Below the pieces are notes generated by a model, which worked only from the letters and a program-made list of their open reading frames with translations, did not search any database and was not told the DNA's origin. A DNA stretch of 64,000 bases from Leptospiraceae bacterium (lineage in GTDB: Bacteria > Spirochaetota > Leptospiria > Leptospirales > Leptonemataceae). The DNA lies in assembly GCA_040217195.1 (NCBI GenBank), contig JAVJNR010000005.1, forward strand, positions 128,001 through 192,000. The letters run 5' to 3'. Positions 18,969 through 29,406 of the stretch are shown piece after piece. A program made the translations under genes and the position numbers. Position 1 is the first letter of the stretch; every line of letters begins with the position of its first letter.

Positions 18969-19042
18969 TACTGGACAGTTTATTGCATGAATTGCTACTG
19001 ACCGTTAGGCCATCCGGCCATTCCACAAACCCGGTAATAAAT

Positions 19043-19558
19043 ATGCACGAAGATTCCAATATTGAAGAAGAAGCGTTATTCAGTAGCGATCCTGAATCGG
19101 AACTCTTTCCCTCATTACTTGAGAGAATGCTACTCATCTATGCTGCCCTGGTAGCTGAAACAGAAGATGAAGATGCACTAAATCAAATCTCAGATACGTT
19201 TGAAACCGACTATCATGAAGCAGAAACCAGACTTCTGGACTTCGAGCAAAAATTGATCGATGAATACTATAGACAGGCGAATATCGCTGAACTGGAATTC
19301 TTTCCTGATGAAGATCCAGCCCGAGCAGAAATCAAACACAGACTGGCAATCAAGAAGGTAGTAGCCTATTTCTCCTATGAGGATGATCCGGCAGAAATGG
19401 CAGAAGCTCTTTCCAGTATCGATACAGAGGCCAAACAATTGCTGGAAACCATAAAATCGGATCCGGAAGAAGGAATCGAAAAAGTGGATGTACTGCTTGC
19501 TCTATGGGAAGTGCAGGCCCTGCAAAGCCTGTATCCGGATTTATTCCAGGAAGAGTAA
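19043..19558 (+). CDS. Hypothetical acidic helical protein
   Basis: Very Glu/Asp-rich ORF; ATG 19043 chosen. Confidence 0.7.
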   Translation: MHEDSNIEEEALFSSDPESELFPSLLERMLLIYAALVAETEDEDALNQISDTFETDYHEAETRLLDFEQKLIDEYYRQANIAELEFFPDEDPARAEIKHRLAIKKVVAYFSYEDDPAEMAEALSSIDTEAKQLLETIKSDPEEGIEKVDVLLALWEVQALQSLYPDLFQEE

Positions 19559-19801
19559 CAGACAATGATTGGAGATGAAACCGGTGCATCGAAAAGCGAA
19601 CGATGCATCATCTCGACAGTAGCCTAACTTCTACGGACTGTAGCTGATATTGTGGACTGCGGATTGAATATCCGGGCAGGACGGTTCGCAAGTTGAAGTC
19701 CGGGCCCGGAATCACCGCAAGGGCAGACAGGGTATCATTTCAGGATTCCCTGCGAAACATGGATTCCTGGCTGCAAAGCAACTCTTCGCAAAGACCACCG
19801 G

Positions 19802-22747
19802 TTATGCCCTGGCTTTACTTCTCTTACCGGATTTTTTACTCTTTTTGGCTACTGCACTTTTAGACTTGCTGGCTTTATCGGCCTTTTTTGATCCGGATTT
19901 TCCCTTTCCATTACTGCTATTTGGGCTGGATTTCTTACTGGAAGACACAGAGGCCACAGCTGCTCTGCCGGCTGGCGACGCTTCCCTTCCCTGAAGCAGA
20001 GGCTTAAGAAACTGTCCCGTGAAACTGTGGCTCTTACCGGAGACATCTTCCGGGCTCCCTTCTGCCACAATGGTTCCTCCTCCATCTCCACCTTCCGGTC
20101 CAAGATCAATAATCCAGTCCGCCGTCTTAATCACATCCAGGTTATGCTCAATCACAACCATGCTGGATCCCCGATCCACCAGCTCATGCAACACTTCCAG
20201 TAGCTTGCGAATGTCTTCGAAATGCAGTCCCGTGGTTGGCTCATCCAGGATATACATTGTCTTATCGCTGCTTCGCCTGGACAACTCGGATGCCAGTTTG
20301 ATTCTCTGAGCCTCTCCACCGGATAGAGTTGTGGCTGCCTGACCAAGTTTGATGTAATCCAGACCCACTCTAGATAGAGTACTGAGCTTGTTGTGTACTA
20401 TGGTAATGTTTTCAAAGAATGGAATGGCATCTTCCACGGTCATATCCAGAATATCATAGATGCTCTTGCCGCGATATTTCACCTCCAGAGTCTCGCGGTT
20501 AAACCTTTTTCCCTGGCATACATCGCAGGTAACAAAAACATCCGGCAGAAAATGCATTTCAATCTTCAGGATTCCAGCCCCTTCGCAGTTTTCGCATCTT
20601 CCGCCTGCCACATTAAAACTGAAACGACCGGGTTTGTAACCTCTCAGGCGAGCTTCTGGAAGGTTGGAGAATAGCTCTCGAATGGGAGTAAACAGTCCTG
20701 TATACGTTGCTGGATTGGATCTGGGAGTTCTGCCAATGGGTTCCTGATCGATTGCAATCACTCGCTCAATTTCTTTCAGACCTTCGAGCTTTTTATGTTT
20801 TCCTGGCCGATTCCTGGAACCCTGTCTCTGGGCCAGGGACTTATAAAGTATATCATTGATTAATGTGGATTTTCCGGAACCGCTTACTCCGGTGACGCAA
20901 ATAAGCATTCCCAGCGGAAAGTCTACATCCACATTCTGCAGATTATTTTCTGTAGCTCCCCGAACTGTAAGCTTCTGACCGTTTCCAGCTCTCCGCTGCT
21001 CTGGAATGGAAATTTTTCTTTTGCCGGATAGATAATCTCCGGTAACACTTTGAAGGCTCCTGGATAATTCCTCCGGCGGACCGTTGGCCACAACATAGCC
21101 TCCGTGCACTCCGGCTCCTGGACCAAGATCCACCACATGATCTGCTTCTCGTATGGTCTCTTCATCGTGCTCAACCACAAGAACGGTATTTCCCATGTCT
21201 CTGAGGCTTTTTAAAGTATCCAGAAGCCTTCGATTATCTCTCTGATGCAGTCCGATGGAAGGCTCATCCAGAACATAAAGAACTCCCATCAAAGCTGAAC
21301 CAATTTGAGTTGCCAGACGAATTCGCTGCGCTTCGCCTCCAGAAAGTGTGCCTGCGGAACGAGAAAGTGTTAGATATCCCACCCCCACATTATGAAGAAA
21401 ACCAAGACGCTCATTGATCTCCTTTAGAACTCTTTCTGCAATCTTCGCTTCTGAGTCGGTGAGGTTAATGTCAGAAAAGAAATGCAACAGATCCCGGATG
21501 TTCTTATCTACCAGATTGTGGATTCCCTGACCATGGAATCGCACAGACAGAGACTCCGGGCGAAGCCGATTTCCTTTACAGTCCGGGCACTGGCTTTCTC
21601 CCATGAATTTTTCCAGCCAGATGCGAACATCGTCGGACTTGGTTTCTCGATAGCGACGACGAAGATTGGGAATCACACCCTCAAAGTCATATCCACCATG
21701 ATGAAATCCGTAAAGAATGGCCTTTCGATGCTGCGCATTCAACTTGTTAAATGCCAGGGATGGATGAAATCCCAGCTCTGCAGAAAGATCTTGCAGAATC
21801 TCCAGATACCAGTAGCCGCGCCCCCCGGACCAGGGAGCCACAGCACCATCCAGAATGGACAGAGAATGATCGGGCACCACCAGCTCTTCATCAAATTCAA
21901 GTAGTACTCCCAGCCCATCGCAGGTATTACAGGCTCCCTGCGGAGAATTAAAGGAAAAGCTTCTGGGACTGATTTCTGGAAGGGAAAGATTACAATGGGT
22001 ACAGTTTAAATTCCTGGAATAGATATTGTCTTTCTCTCCATCGAAAATTAATACCTGTCCGTTGCCATGGGAAAGAGCCGTCTCTACACTATCTGTCAAA
22101 CGAGAATGAATACCGTCACGAATTACCAGACGATCAACCACAACGTCCAGGCTATGGCGATGTTTCTTTTCCAGAGAGATTTCCTCAGACAGATCCTTGA
22201 TCTGCCCGTCAATTCTCATTCGCACGAACCCTTCTTTTCTAGCTTTTTCTATTACATCTTTATGCTCACCTTTCTTGTCCCCGATCAATGGAGCGAGTAT
22301 TTGAATCTTCGCACCTTCTTCCATCAACAGGATTCGATCCACAATCTGGTCAATGGTAATGGCTTCCACAGGTCGGCCGCAATTATGACAGTGGGGCTGG
22401 CCCACTCGGCCAAATAATAGTCGCAGGTAGTCGTAAATCTCTGTTACGGTTCCCACGGTGGATCTTGGATTTCGATGAGTGGTTTTCTGCTCAATCGATA
22501 TGGCAGGCGACAAACCCTCAATCAGATCCACATCCGGCTTTTCCATCTGACCCAGGAACTGACGGGCATAGGCAGAAAGGCTTTCCACATATCGCCTTTG
22601 CCCTTCTGCATAAATTGTGTCGAATGCCAGAGACGATTTTCCGGAGCCAGAAACACCGGTAATCACTACCAGCTTGTCCCGGGGAATCTCAACGGTGATA
22701 TTTTTCAGGTTATGCTCTCGGGCTCCCTGGACGCGAATGGAATCCAT
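19802..22747 (-). CDS. uvrA: Excinuclease ABC subunit A
   Basis: GAREHNLKN, two Walker [18 protein letters not shown] twice, Zn fingers; ATG 22747. Confidence 0.98.
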   Translation of the reverse strand: MDSIRVQGAREHNLKNITVEIPRDKLVVITGVSGSGKSSLAFDTIYAEGQRRYVESLSAYARQFLGQMEKPDVDLIEGLSPAISIEQKTTHRNPRSTVGTVTEIYDYLRLLFGRVGQPHCHNCGRPVEAITIDQIVDRILLMEEGAKIQILAPLIGDKKGEHKDVIEKARKEGFVRMRIDGQIKDLSEEISLEKKHRHSLDVVVDRLVIRDGIHSRLTDSVETALSHGNGQVLIFDGEKDNIYSRNLNCTHCNLSLPEISPRSFSFNSPQGACNTCDGLGVLLEFDEELVVPDHSLSILDGAVAPWSGGRGYWYLEILQDLSAELGFHPSLAFNKLNAQHRKAILYGFHHGGYDFEGVIPNLRRRYRETKSDDVRIWLEKFMGESQCPDCKGNRLRPESLSVRFHGQGIHNLVDKNIRDLLHFFSDINLTDSEAKIAERVLKEINERLGFLHNVGVGYLTLSRSAGTLSGGEAQRIRLATQIGSALMGVLYVLDEPSIGLHQRDNRRLLDTLKSLRDMGNTVLVVEHDEETIREADHVVDLGPGAGVHGGYVVANGPPEELSRSLQSVTGDYLSGKRKISIPEQRRAGNGQKLTVRGATENNLQNVDVDFPLGMLICVTGVSGSGKSTLINDILYKSLAQRQGSRNRPGKHKKLEGLKEIERVIAIDQEPIGRTPRSNPATYTGLFTPIRELFSNLPEARLRGYKPGRFSFNVAGGRCENCEGAGILKIEMHFLPDVFVTCDVCQGKRFNRETLEVKYRGKSIYDILDMTVEDAIPFFENITIVHNKLSTLSRVGLDYIKLGQAATTLSGGEAQRIKLASELSRRSSDKTMYILDEPTTGLHFEDIRKLLEVLHELVDRGSSMVVIEHNLDVIKTADWIIDLGPEGGDGGGTIVAEGSPEDVSGKSHSFTGQFLKPLLQGREASPAGRAAVASVSSSKKSSPNSSNGKGKSGSKKADKASKSKSAVAKKSKKSGKRSKARA

Positions 22748-22974
22748 ATCGTCAGAAAATTCGCCCGGGGAAAAATCTGCATCCTGAAAAACCTCCTGTG
22801 CCAGGCCAGGCGGGGATGAAAAAACCGGTGGGCGGTACAACTAAATCCACTTCGGATTAAAAGTAAGTAATCAGACCTGCACTTCTAAATGGAATTATCC
22901 GCTCCACGTGATTCCTTGCATTCTATGGGCCCTGGCCCAGAAAAACGATTGCCCATGAAATTGCCGGGGAGTTA

Positions 22975-24075
22975 ATGCGATCCATGCTTGGATTCCGATA
23001 CCTGAAGACTCGTCCTGCAGATTATGTACTTCTCTATCGCGGAGGCAAAGTCAGAAAGGAAGGACCTGGATTGTCCTTCATGTACTTTGCTCCTTCTGCC
23101 AGTCTGGTTCTGGTACCGGCTGATAGCAGGGATGCTCCATTCATTTTTCAGGAGACTCTAAAAGACTTCCAGGCCGTAGATATTCAGGGTCAGGTCACCT
23201 ATCGAGTGCAGGATCCTCGTAGATTGGCCTCCATGCTGGACTTTACTGTGGATCCTACCGGCCGAGCCCTGGGAGATGGTCTGGAAAAACTTCAACTAAG
23301 GCTTACCAATCAGGTCCAGGTTACATTAAGAGAGAAGATCCGAGGATTTGTATTGAGGGAGGCTTTAAGCGCCGGCCCTGAATTAGTAGAGTATGTAAAA
23401 GGCCGATTGAGCGAAGAGCCAGTCATACAGGAGCTTGGACTATCGGTACTGGATTTTGCCATTCTGAGGGTAAGCCCTACGCCAGAGATGGCCCGAGCTC
23501 TGGAAGCCACAGCCAGAGAAGACTTACTCAAGCAGGCCGATGATGCAATCTATCGGAGACGAAACTTCGCCGTGGAGCAGGAACGGGGAATCAAAGAAAA
23601 TGAGCTTCAAACCGAGATTGCAGTAGAAGAAAAGCAAAGAGAAATTCGGGAAACTCAGATGAACGCTGAAATTGCCGTTCAGGAAAAGCAGAAACTAGTA
23701 GAAGAAGCAAAGATGGAAGCCAGGGCAACGGTGGCTCGCAAGAAGCGAGAAATCGAAAAGGAAGAACTGGATGCCAGAACGTCTCTGGAAGAGAAGCGAA
23801 AAGAACTGGTAGAAAAGGAAAGTCAGAATCGTCTGCAACAGGCGAAAACAGAAGGAGAAGCCTACAAGTTGCAGCTCGAAGGAATATCCAATCTTTCGCC
23901 AGAGTTACTGGAAATACTGGCAGCCAATCAAATGGATTCCCGTCAGTTGATCAGTCGAGCCATCAGAGACCTGGCAGGAAATGCACAGAAGATTGGCAAT
24001 CTAAATATCAGTCCGGACCTTCTACAGTCTCTTATAGACGGTGACCGCTCTATTCAGCAGCAAAATCAGAGTTAG
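22975..24075 (+). CDS. SPFH/band-7 domain protein with long coiled coil (NrtX-like)
   Basis: N-terminal SPFH fold pattern (GLSFMYFAP, IQGQVTYRV), E/K-rich coiled coil, GNLNISPDLL tail. Confidence 0.85.
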   Translation: MRSMLGFRYLKTRPADYVLLYRGGKVRKEGPGLSFMYFAPSASLVLVPADSRDAPFIFQETLKDFQAVDIQGQVTYRVQDPRRLASMLDFTVDPTGRALGDGLEKLQLRLTNQVQVTLREKIRGFVLREALSAGPELVEYVKGRLSEEPVIQELGLSVLDFAILRVSPTPEMARALEATAREDLLKQADDAIYRRRNFAVEQERGIKENELQTEIAVEEKQREIRETQMNAEIAVQEKQKLVEEAKMEARATVARKKREIEKEELDARTSLEEKRKELVEKESQNRLQQAKTEGEAYKLQLEGISNLSPELLEILAANQMDSRQLISRAIRDLAGNAQKIGNLNISPDLLQSLIDGDRSIQQQNQS

Positions 24076-24174
24076 TATTATCGCCAGGGGATTGTAGACC
24101 ACTGGAACAGTCCTTTCAGAAGTCAGCTCTGTTACCAGATTTATAAGATTCGGTAGAACTCAAATCTATTGTCA

Positions 24175-25284
24175 ATGGCAGCTAAACAGAAAAACGAATC
24201 CAATGCCAGAAAGAATGACGGGGCCACAGATCTAGATGGCCCTACGAATGCGAAGGGACTGAATATAGAAAAAATTGTAATCATAACCCGGCAGACAAGG
24301 CTGGAAGAAAGCATTAAGAGATTCAATACGATCAGTCAGACCAAGTACTTTGTAGAAAGTAGAGGTCAATCCTTCGATGACTATGTTCTGGAGTATGATA
24401 ACTACCAGAGAGCACGGGATACGCTTGTAAGAAGTATACCTCAGGATATTCGGTTTCAAGTTATAGATCGCACAATGTTACCCAACTTTCTGTTTGGTCC
24501 CCGGGACCTGGCTGTACCCCTGGGACAGGACGGATTGGTTGTAAATACTGCGAAATACCTGAACGGACAACCTGTTCTGGCTTTTAACCCGGATCCAGAT
24601 CGATTTGATGGGGTCCTACTTCCGTTTCTCTGGAAAGATGCAAACAGAAATATTCAACAGTTAATGGAAAATGAGCTTCGTAGTCGTAGCATTTCCATGG
24701 CCAGAGCAGATATGAACGATGGCCAGTTTCTATATGCATTCAACGATTTCTTTGCAGGTGCCGATTCTCATGTAAGCGCCCGGTATACGCTGAAGTTTGG
24801 CCAGGCTTCGGAGCGGCATAGTTCCAGCGGAGTGATCGTCAGTACTCCGGCCGGAAGCACTGGCTGGCTTTCCTCTCTCTTCAATATGGCCAGCGGTATT
24901 CAGGAATTTGCCCGGAACTCTTCCCGGTCCAGAATGCAAAGGCCTGCAATCGCAAAAACCGATGCATCCACCGAAGGCAATCCGTTGAAGAAAAATAGTA
25001 TATCGGAAAAGGAGAATGGATCCTCCGCAGACAAAAAGGCAATGGCCTGGGAAGATCGAAAATTAATATTTATGGTGCGAGAACCGTTTCGCAGTAACTG
25101 GAGTGGAGCAGACCTGGTGGCTGGCGAAATACATGAATCGGAGGCCCTGATTCTGGAAAGTCATATGCCTGAAGGCGGAGTCATCTTTTCCGATGGTATG
25201 CTGGAAGACTTTATGGAATTTAATTCAGGGGCTACCGTTCAAATCCGCCTGGCAGAAAAAAGCACCCGACTTCTCATTCCTTAA
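24175..25284 (+). CDS. NAD kinase-like protein (NrtY-like)
   Basis: LGQDGL (GGDG variant), AFNDFF (NE/D), SSSGVIVSTPAGSTGW. Confidence 0.8.
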   Translation: MAAKQKNESNARKNDGATDLDGPTNAKGLNIEKIVIITRQTRLEESIKRFNTISQTKYFVESRGQSFDDYVLEYDNYQRARDTLVRSIPQDIRFQVIDRTMLPNFLFGPRDLAVPLGQDGLVVNTAKYLNGQPVLAFNPDPDRFDGVLLPFLWKDANRNIQQLMENELRSRSISMARADMNDGQFLYAFNDFFAGADSHVSARYTLKFGQASERHSSSGVIVSTPAGSTGWLSSLFNMASGIQEFARNSSRSRMQRPAIAKTDASTEGNPLKKNSISEKENGSSADKKAMAWEDRKLIFMVREPFRSNWSGADLVAGEIHESEALILESHMPEGGVIFSDGMLEDFMEFNSGATVQIRLAEKSTRLLIP

Positions 25285-25295
25285 TCCGCATCCAA

Positions 25296-27944
25296 TCAAA
25301 CGTGAGCTGCAGTTTTTTCAATAATCTGTCTGGCCGCATTTAGCTCCTGATTTAGATTCAAAGCCCGGTGGGCCAGCTGACTGGCTCTGCGAAGATTTCC
25401 CTTTAATCTGTGGCAATCTGCCAGGTTGGCCAGGTTAGTTGCATGCTCTGGAAGTCGTAGCCTGCAGCGTTCGCCGTAATCAATTGCTTCATCCAATCGA
25501 CCAATTTTTTTATGAGCCAGACTGCAGCGAAACAGAGCCACTGAATCTGTGGGATCTATTTCAATTAGTCTGCGAGCCAGCATGGCTGATGTGCGATAGT
25601 CCTTTAGTTTGCCGCTAAGCCAGACTCCGGCCTGCAACGCGGAGGGATGCTCCCAGGATATTTTCTCCAGCTCCTGGTAGGCTTCAGGATACTCTCCAGA
25701 ATCGATGAGCTCCTTAATGGAAGATGGTAGACCAGGGTCCGAGATCATTCCAGCATCCTCAATATATGCGATACGCAAAAGGCTCAGATCATCGGTGAGC
25801 TCCCCCTGTTTTAGCAGGGCATCTTTGATTCCTTCCAGGTCCCCCCTGGCTTGCTCCACTATTCGCAGGAACAGATTTTCATCTTCGTTAATAATTCTCT
25901 GCCCTGCTGAAGTTTCTCCCATAAGCAGATCGTCCCGACCATCTGAGCCCATGATCAATACCTGCCCGGGAGCAAGCGTGTGTACCAGCACTCGCAGAGC
26001 ACCATCTTCGCCTTCTATTCCAATCTTTCTTAAATCAGTATCTATATCAGGCATAACGGAGGCCCTTCCGTTTTCATAGAGTACCGAAGCCGGATGCTCC
26101 GCGTTGATGTAGTAAACAGTGCCGCTTGCATCATGCACGAGACCCACTACGGCAGAAATAAGCATATGACCATCGAATCCCAGAAATACAGACTGCAATT
26201 CCAGAAAACATTCATTTAACCATTGCTCAGGACTTTTTTCCGATGCCAGATGCACAACCTGGGTGCGGCTTACGAGGGATTTGAATACAGTGCCTACTAC
26301 GATCGCTCCACCGGCTCCCTGCATGGACTTACCCATGGCATCGGCATTCAAGAAAACAGAATACTTCTGCCCTCTTAATTCAATGTCATAGAGAGCGACC
26401 AGATCCCCTCCGATTTCACTGTCCCATTTGCGAAAATGAAACTTCTTTTTTTGTTCCAGAAGTATTTCCAGTTCAAGACTGTCACTGCTGGCCCAGTTTC
26501 CGCCCAGCGGATTCATTAACAATGATGTAAGGAAATAGTCTCCGTCTTGCTTTTCCTTGAGCAGTTGCACTTCTTGAAGGGTATTGTTCAACTTCTCGGT
26601 GCGATCCTCCACCTTTCGCTCGAGATTCAGGTTCAAATCCTCTACCCGGCGATACAACCTTACGAATCGGTTGGCAAGAATCAATGCCAGGGAGAAGATA
26701 AACGCTGCGAAGAAATATGAAAACAAGGGTGGTATATTCAAAATACCATTACTTACGGCCAGATCCGAGAAAAAGCCGATCATCACAAATACCATGCCAC
26801 CGAGCATATAATAGCCATCTCGATTCCCGGCCACGGCAGCTTTGATCTGGAAAAAAATAACCTGAATCAACATCAATAGCCAGATTCCCTGACCCACCGA
26901 AGATTGCATGGTCCACCAGTGATTTACATCATCAGATACAAGTACATGCCCAGAGAGCATCAACATGCTAACAGAGAAAATGACCGAAAGTACATCCATG
27001 ATTCGCTGTAACTTGCTTCTGGCCAGCTCAAAGTAGACTCGCACAAAGTACAGGAATGCAACAAATAGTAGATAAGTAAGAATGAATTCCAGACGCTTGA
27101 ATGTGAGAAAAGAAACATCGATTTCGAATCGAAGCTCTGTACGAATTAACTGACGAAGGACGAATCCATAGATAAACAGTCCAAAGATTAAATTTTCCCG
27201 ATTCTGTCTTCGCCTGAGAAACAGAAAAAGAAAATAGGACCCGGCCGTAAAATATCCTGTGAGAAAGAGCAGCTCTCGATAATCTTCATCTCTAAGGGTC
27301 TCCACTATTTCTCTTGTAGGTCCGATTTCTGTTCTACCGCGAACCAGACCGTTCAGGTTGGGAAAATATCCCTGAACCTTTATGAAAAGAGTGTTCTCGC
27401 CCTGTTTCAATAACCCCGGAGGGATTTCGTATACCCGGATCTTATCATAGGCAACAGGCACTGTGGAGTTCCATGCGCCGGTGGAGCCTATTAGTTCACC
27501 GTTTAAATACACCCGGTCCCGGTCATCGATTCTGCCAAGTCGCAGAGAAAGGGAATGCTTTAGATCCCCCTGTATACGAAAATGCTTAACGTACCACATT
27601 TCGTTAGTCGATGAATTGTAACCGGGAACATCGGTTAAGTAGCCGGGGACCTGCACTGGATGCCACTCTTTCTCTCTCGATGGATCCGGCTGGACTGACT
27701 CGGGTTCTTGAAAGGTAACCCACCAGGTATGTTGCCCGGTTTCTGTATCCAGACTATTTACTTTTTCAGCAAAGAGAGTTTGGATGGCTTGTGGTTCTGT
27801 TTCCGGGTCGGGGCTTTCGCCTCTTAGATCATGGCTGCCTGCAAAGGCAAGACAGACGATACCCAGGGTAACGGTCCAGTTAAAAGCAAGTAAGGATCTT
27901 CTATTGATTCCTGATAATAATAACCTGAAATATGTAACTGCCAT
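25296..27944 (-). CDS. Membrane sensor PP2C/SpoIIE phosphatase (periplasmic sugar-binding domain, 7TM, TPR tail)
   Basis: GRIDDRDRVYLNG jelly-roll, 7 TM, GGD / NADAMGK / GSDG / DDLSL PP2C motifs, C-terminal TPRs. Confidence 0.9.
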   Translation of the reverse strand: MAVTYFRLLLSGINRRSLLAFNWTVTLGIVCLAFAGSHDLRGESPDPETEPQAIQTLFAEKVNSLDTETGQHTWWVTFQEPESVQPDPSREKEWHPVQVPGYLTDVPGYNSSTNEMWYVKHFRIQGDLKHSLSLRLGRIDDRDRVYLNGELIGSTGAWNSTVPVAYDKIRVYEIPPGLLKQGENTLFIKVQGYFPNLNGLVRGRTEIGPTREIVETLRDEDYRELLFLTGYFTAGSYFLFLFLRRRQNRENLIFGLFIYGFVLRQLIRTELRFEIDVSFLTFKRLEFILTYLLFVAFLYFVRVYFELARSKLQRIMDVLSVIFSVSMLMLSGHVLVSDDVNHWWTMQSSVGQGIWLLMLIQVIFFQIKAAVAGNRDGYYMLGGMVFVMIGFFSDLAVSNGILNIPPLFSYFFAAFIFSLALILANRFVRLYRRVEDLNLNLERKVEDRTEKLNNTLQEVQLLKEKQDGDYFLTSLLMNPLGGNWASSDSLELEILLEQKKKFHFRKWDSEIGGDLVALYDIELRGQKYSVFLNADAMGKSMQGAGGAIVVGTVFKSLVSRTQVVHLASEKSPEQWLNECFLELQSVFLGFDGHMLISAVVGLVHDASGTVYYINAEHPASVLYENGRASVMPDIDTDLRKIGIEGEDGALRVLVHTLAPGQVLIMGSDGRDDLLMGETSAGQRIINEDENLFLRIVEQARGDLEGIKDALLKQGELTDDLSLLRIAYIEDAGMISDPGLPSSIKELIDSGEYPEAYQELEKISWEHPSALQAGVWLSGKLKDYRTSAMLARRLIEIDPTDSVALFRCSLAHKKIGRLDEAIDYGERCRLRLPEHATNLANLADCHRLKGNLRRASQLAHRALNLNQELNAARQIIEKTAAHV

Positions 27945-28217
27945 ACATCGAACCGTCTTTGCGTCAAAACAATGAAGGCAATGTCATCTGTTTCAAGGAT
28001 TCGGTCAATCGGTAAAAGGAGGATGCGAGGATAGATTAAGGCCGCCCAGGGGTTGCTCTAATCAGTAAGAAACCGTATGCTGCATAATAGATACTAACTT
28101 GAGTGGGTCCAATGTTCGCCCGGTCCTGCTTCGCCAACCTACTCTACCGGCGGTCGAAAGCTATCCTGAGCTTCCTTCCTCCGTGCATCATCCAGATTGC
28201 ATGAATCTGGCCCTTTC

Positions 28218-29303
28218 TCACAACTCCAGTCTGGATTTCAATTCTTCCGCACTCAATTCAGGCGATCCCTGGCCAGACTCTTCTGCATCCTTCACCAGCT
28301 GTACTATAGACGAATTAATTGGTGCTCGCAATCCTTTCGAACGGGCCAGGCGAACGATCTCTCCGTTCAAGAAGTCAATTTCAGTCGTCCTGGCAGCAAT
28401 CAGATCTTGAGCAAGAGAGGTCATGGCCGTCGGATCGATATTGATCATGGTGGAAGCCACGCGAAAGAACAGAAAATCCGGAAGCTTTAAAACAGTGGGC
28501 GCAATACCTGGAATTATCTTTCCCAGACGGACCATCTTTATTCCAGCTGCCCGGTAGATTCCCAGGGCCTCCTGCATACAGGCTGCGATAATACGTCGAT
28601 AATTACGATCGGAAAGCATCTGCCGAATGGGGATGCCTGCAAGAGCATTGATTCCATTGTTCAGATTCAGTAGTAGTTTGCTCCACTGAACATTCTCTAT
28701 GTCGGATCGCAAAAAGGTTTCAATCCCGGATGCATTCAAATCATCGGCAATGCCTCGAGCAATTTGAGCCATGGCTGCATCCCGGGGCAATTCGATAGAA
28801 ATTGGACCGGACGTGGACTGACGAAAATGATTCCCCTGGCGAACTACATTGTAGGTCACCATTCCAGCAAAGACAAGATGATCCGGAAGACCTTCTTTTA
28901 GTATCCGGGCCGCCCCCAGTCCGTTTTGCAATGAGACTACCGCAGAGCCCCTGGCAGCGAATTTCTGAATCTGATTGGCCGCTTCATCGCTTCCAGCGCT
29001 CTTGACTGCCACCAGGATATTCTGGCAGTTCGACAGATCATCTGCAGATTCAGAAATTGCAACGGAACCGACTGCCAATTCGTTCGATTTCTCAACGTCT
29101 CCAGACTTTGGATTTACAACATTTAAATGTGTGGTCTTAGCATCCACAGATTCCAGTTCCAGACCCTGTTTTTCCAGAGTGGATAGAATTCTGGCACGTC
29201 CAATTAGTAGCACCCTGTGGCCGTTAGAAGCCAGCCATCCACCGGTATAGCAACCAATGGATCCAGCTCCCAGAATAGCATAATCGAAGGGTTTTTGGTT
29301 CAT
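28218..29303 (-). CDS. panE: 2-dehydropantoate 2-reductase
   Basis: GAGSIG, VAVKS, SLQNG, WSKLLLN, SLAQD and TEIDFLNG. Confidence 0.9.
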   Translation of the reverse strand: MNQKPFDYAILGAGSIGCYTGGWLASNGHRVLLIGRARILSTLEKQGLELESVDAKTTHLNVVNPKSGDVEKSNELAVGSVAISESADDLSNCQNILVAVKSAGSDEAANQIQKFAARGSAVVSLQNGLGAARILKEGLPDHLVFAGMVTYNVVRQGNHFRQSTSGPISIELPRDAAMAQIARGIADDLNASGIETFLRSDIENVQWSKLLLNLNNGINALAGIPIRQMLSDRNYRRIIAACMQEALGIYRAAGIKMVRLGKIIPGIAPTVLKLPDFLFFRVASTMINIDPTAMTSLAQDLIAARTTEIDFLNGEIVRLARSKGLRAPINSSIVQLVKDAEESGQGSPELSAEELKSRLEL

Positions 29304-29349
29304 TCAGGCCTCGCAGTTTAACTTCTCGGCTGCCTGAAATTCTGGCCAT

Positions 29350-29372
29350 AAAAAAAGGGGGCCCTGGCCCCC
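29350..29372 (-). terminator. Intrinsic terminator after the desaturase
   Basis: Minus strand GGGGGCCAGGGCCCCC hairpin followed by TTTTTTT. Confidence 0.75.
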
Positions 29373-29406
29373 TGAAAAAAGTTAGTGCTTGATGCTTGTA
29401 TCAAAA

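Noticed and set aside
22748..22974. LexA or NrtR box between uvrA and the SPFH gene
   Set aside because: No convincing palindrome; GTAATCAGAC has GT-N6-AC rather than GT-N7-AC spacing
28100..28215. SRP RNA (minus strand GGAAGGAAGC)
   Set aside because: Lacks the flanking CAGG and AGCAG helix-8 context
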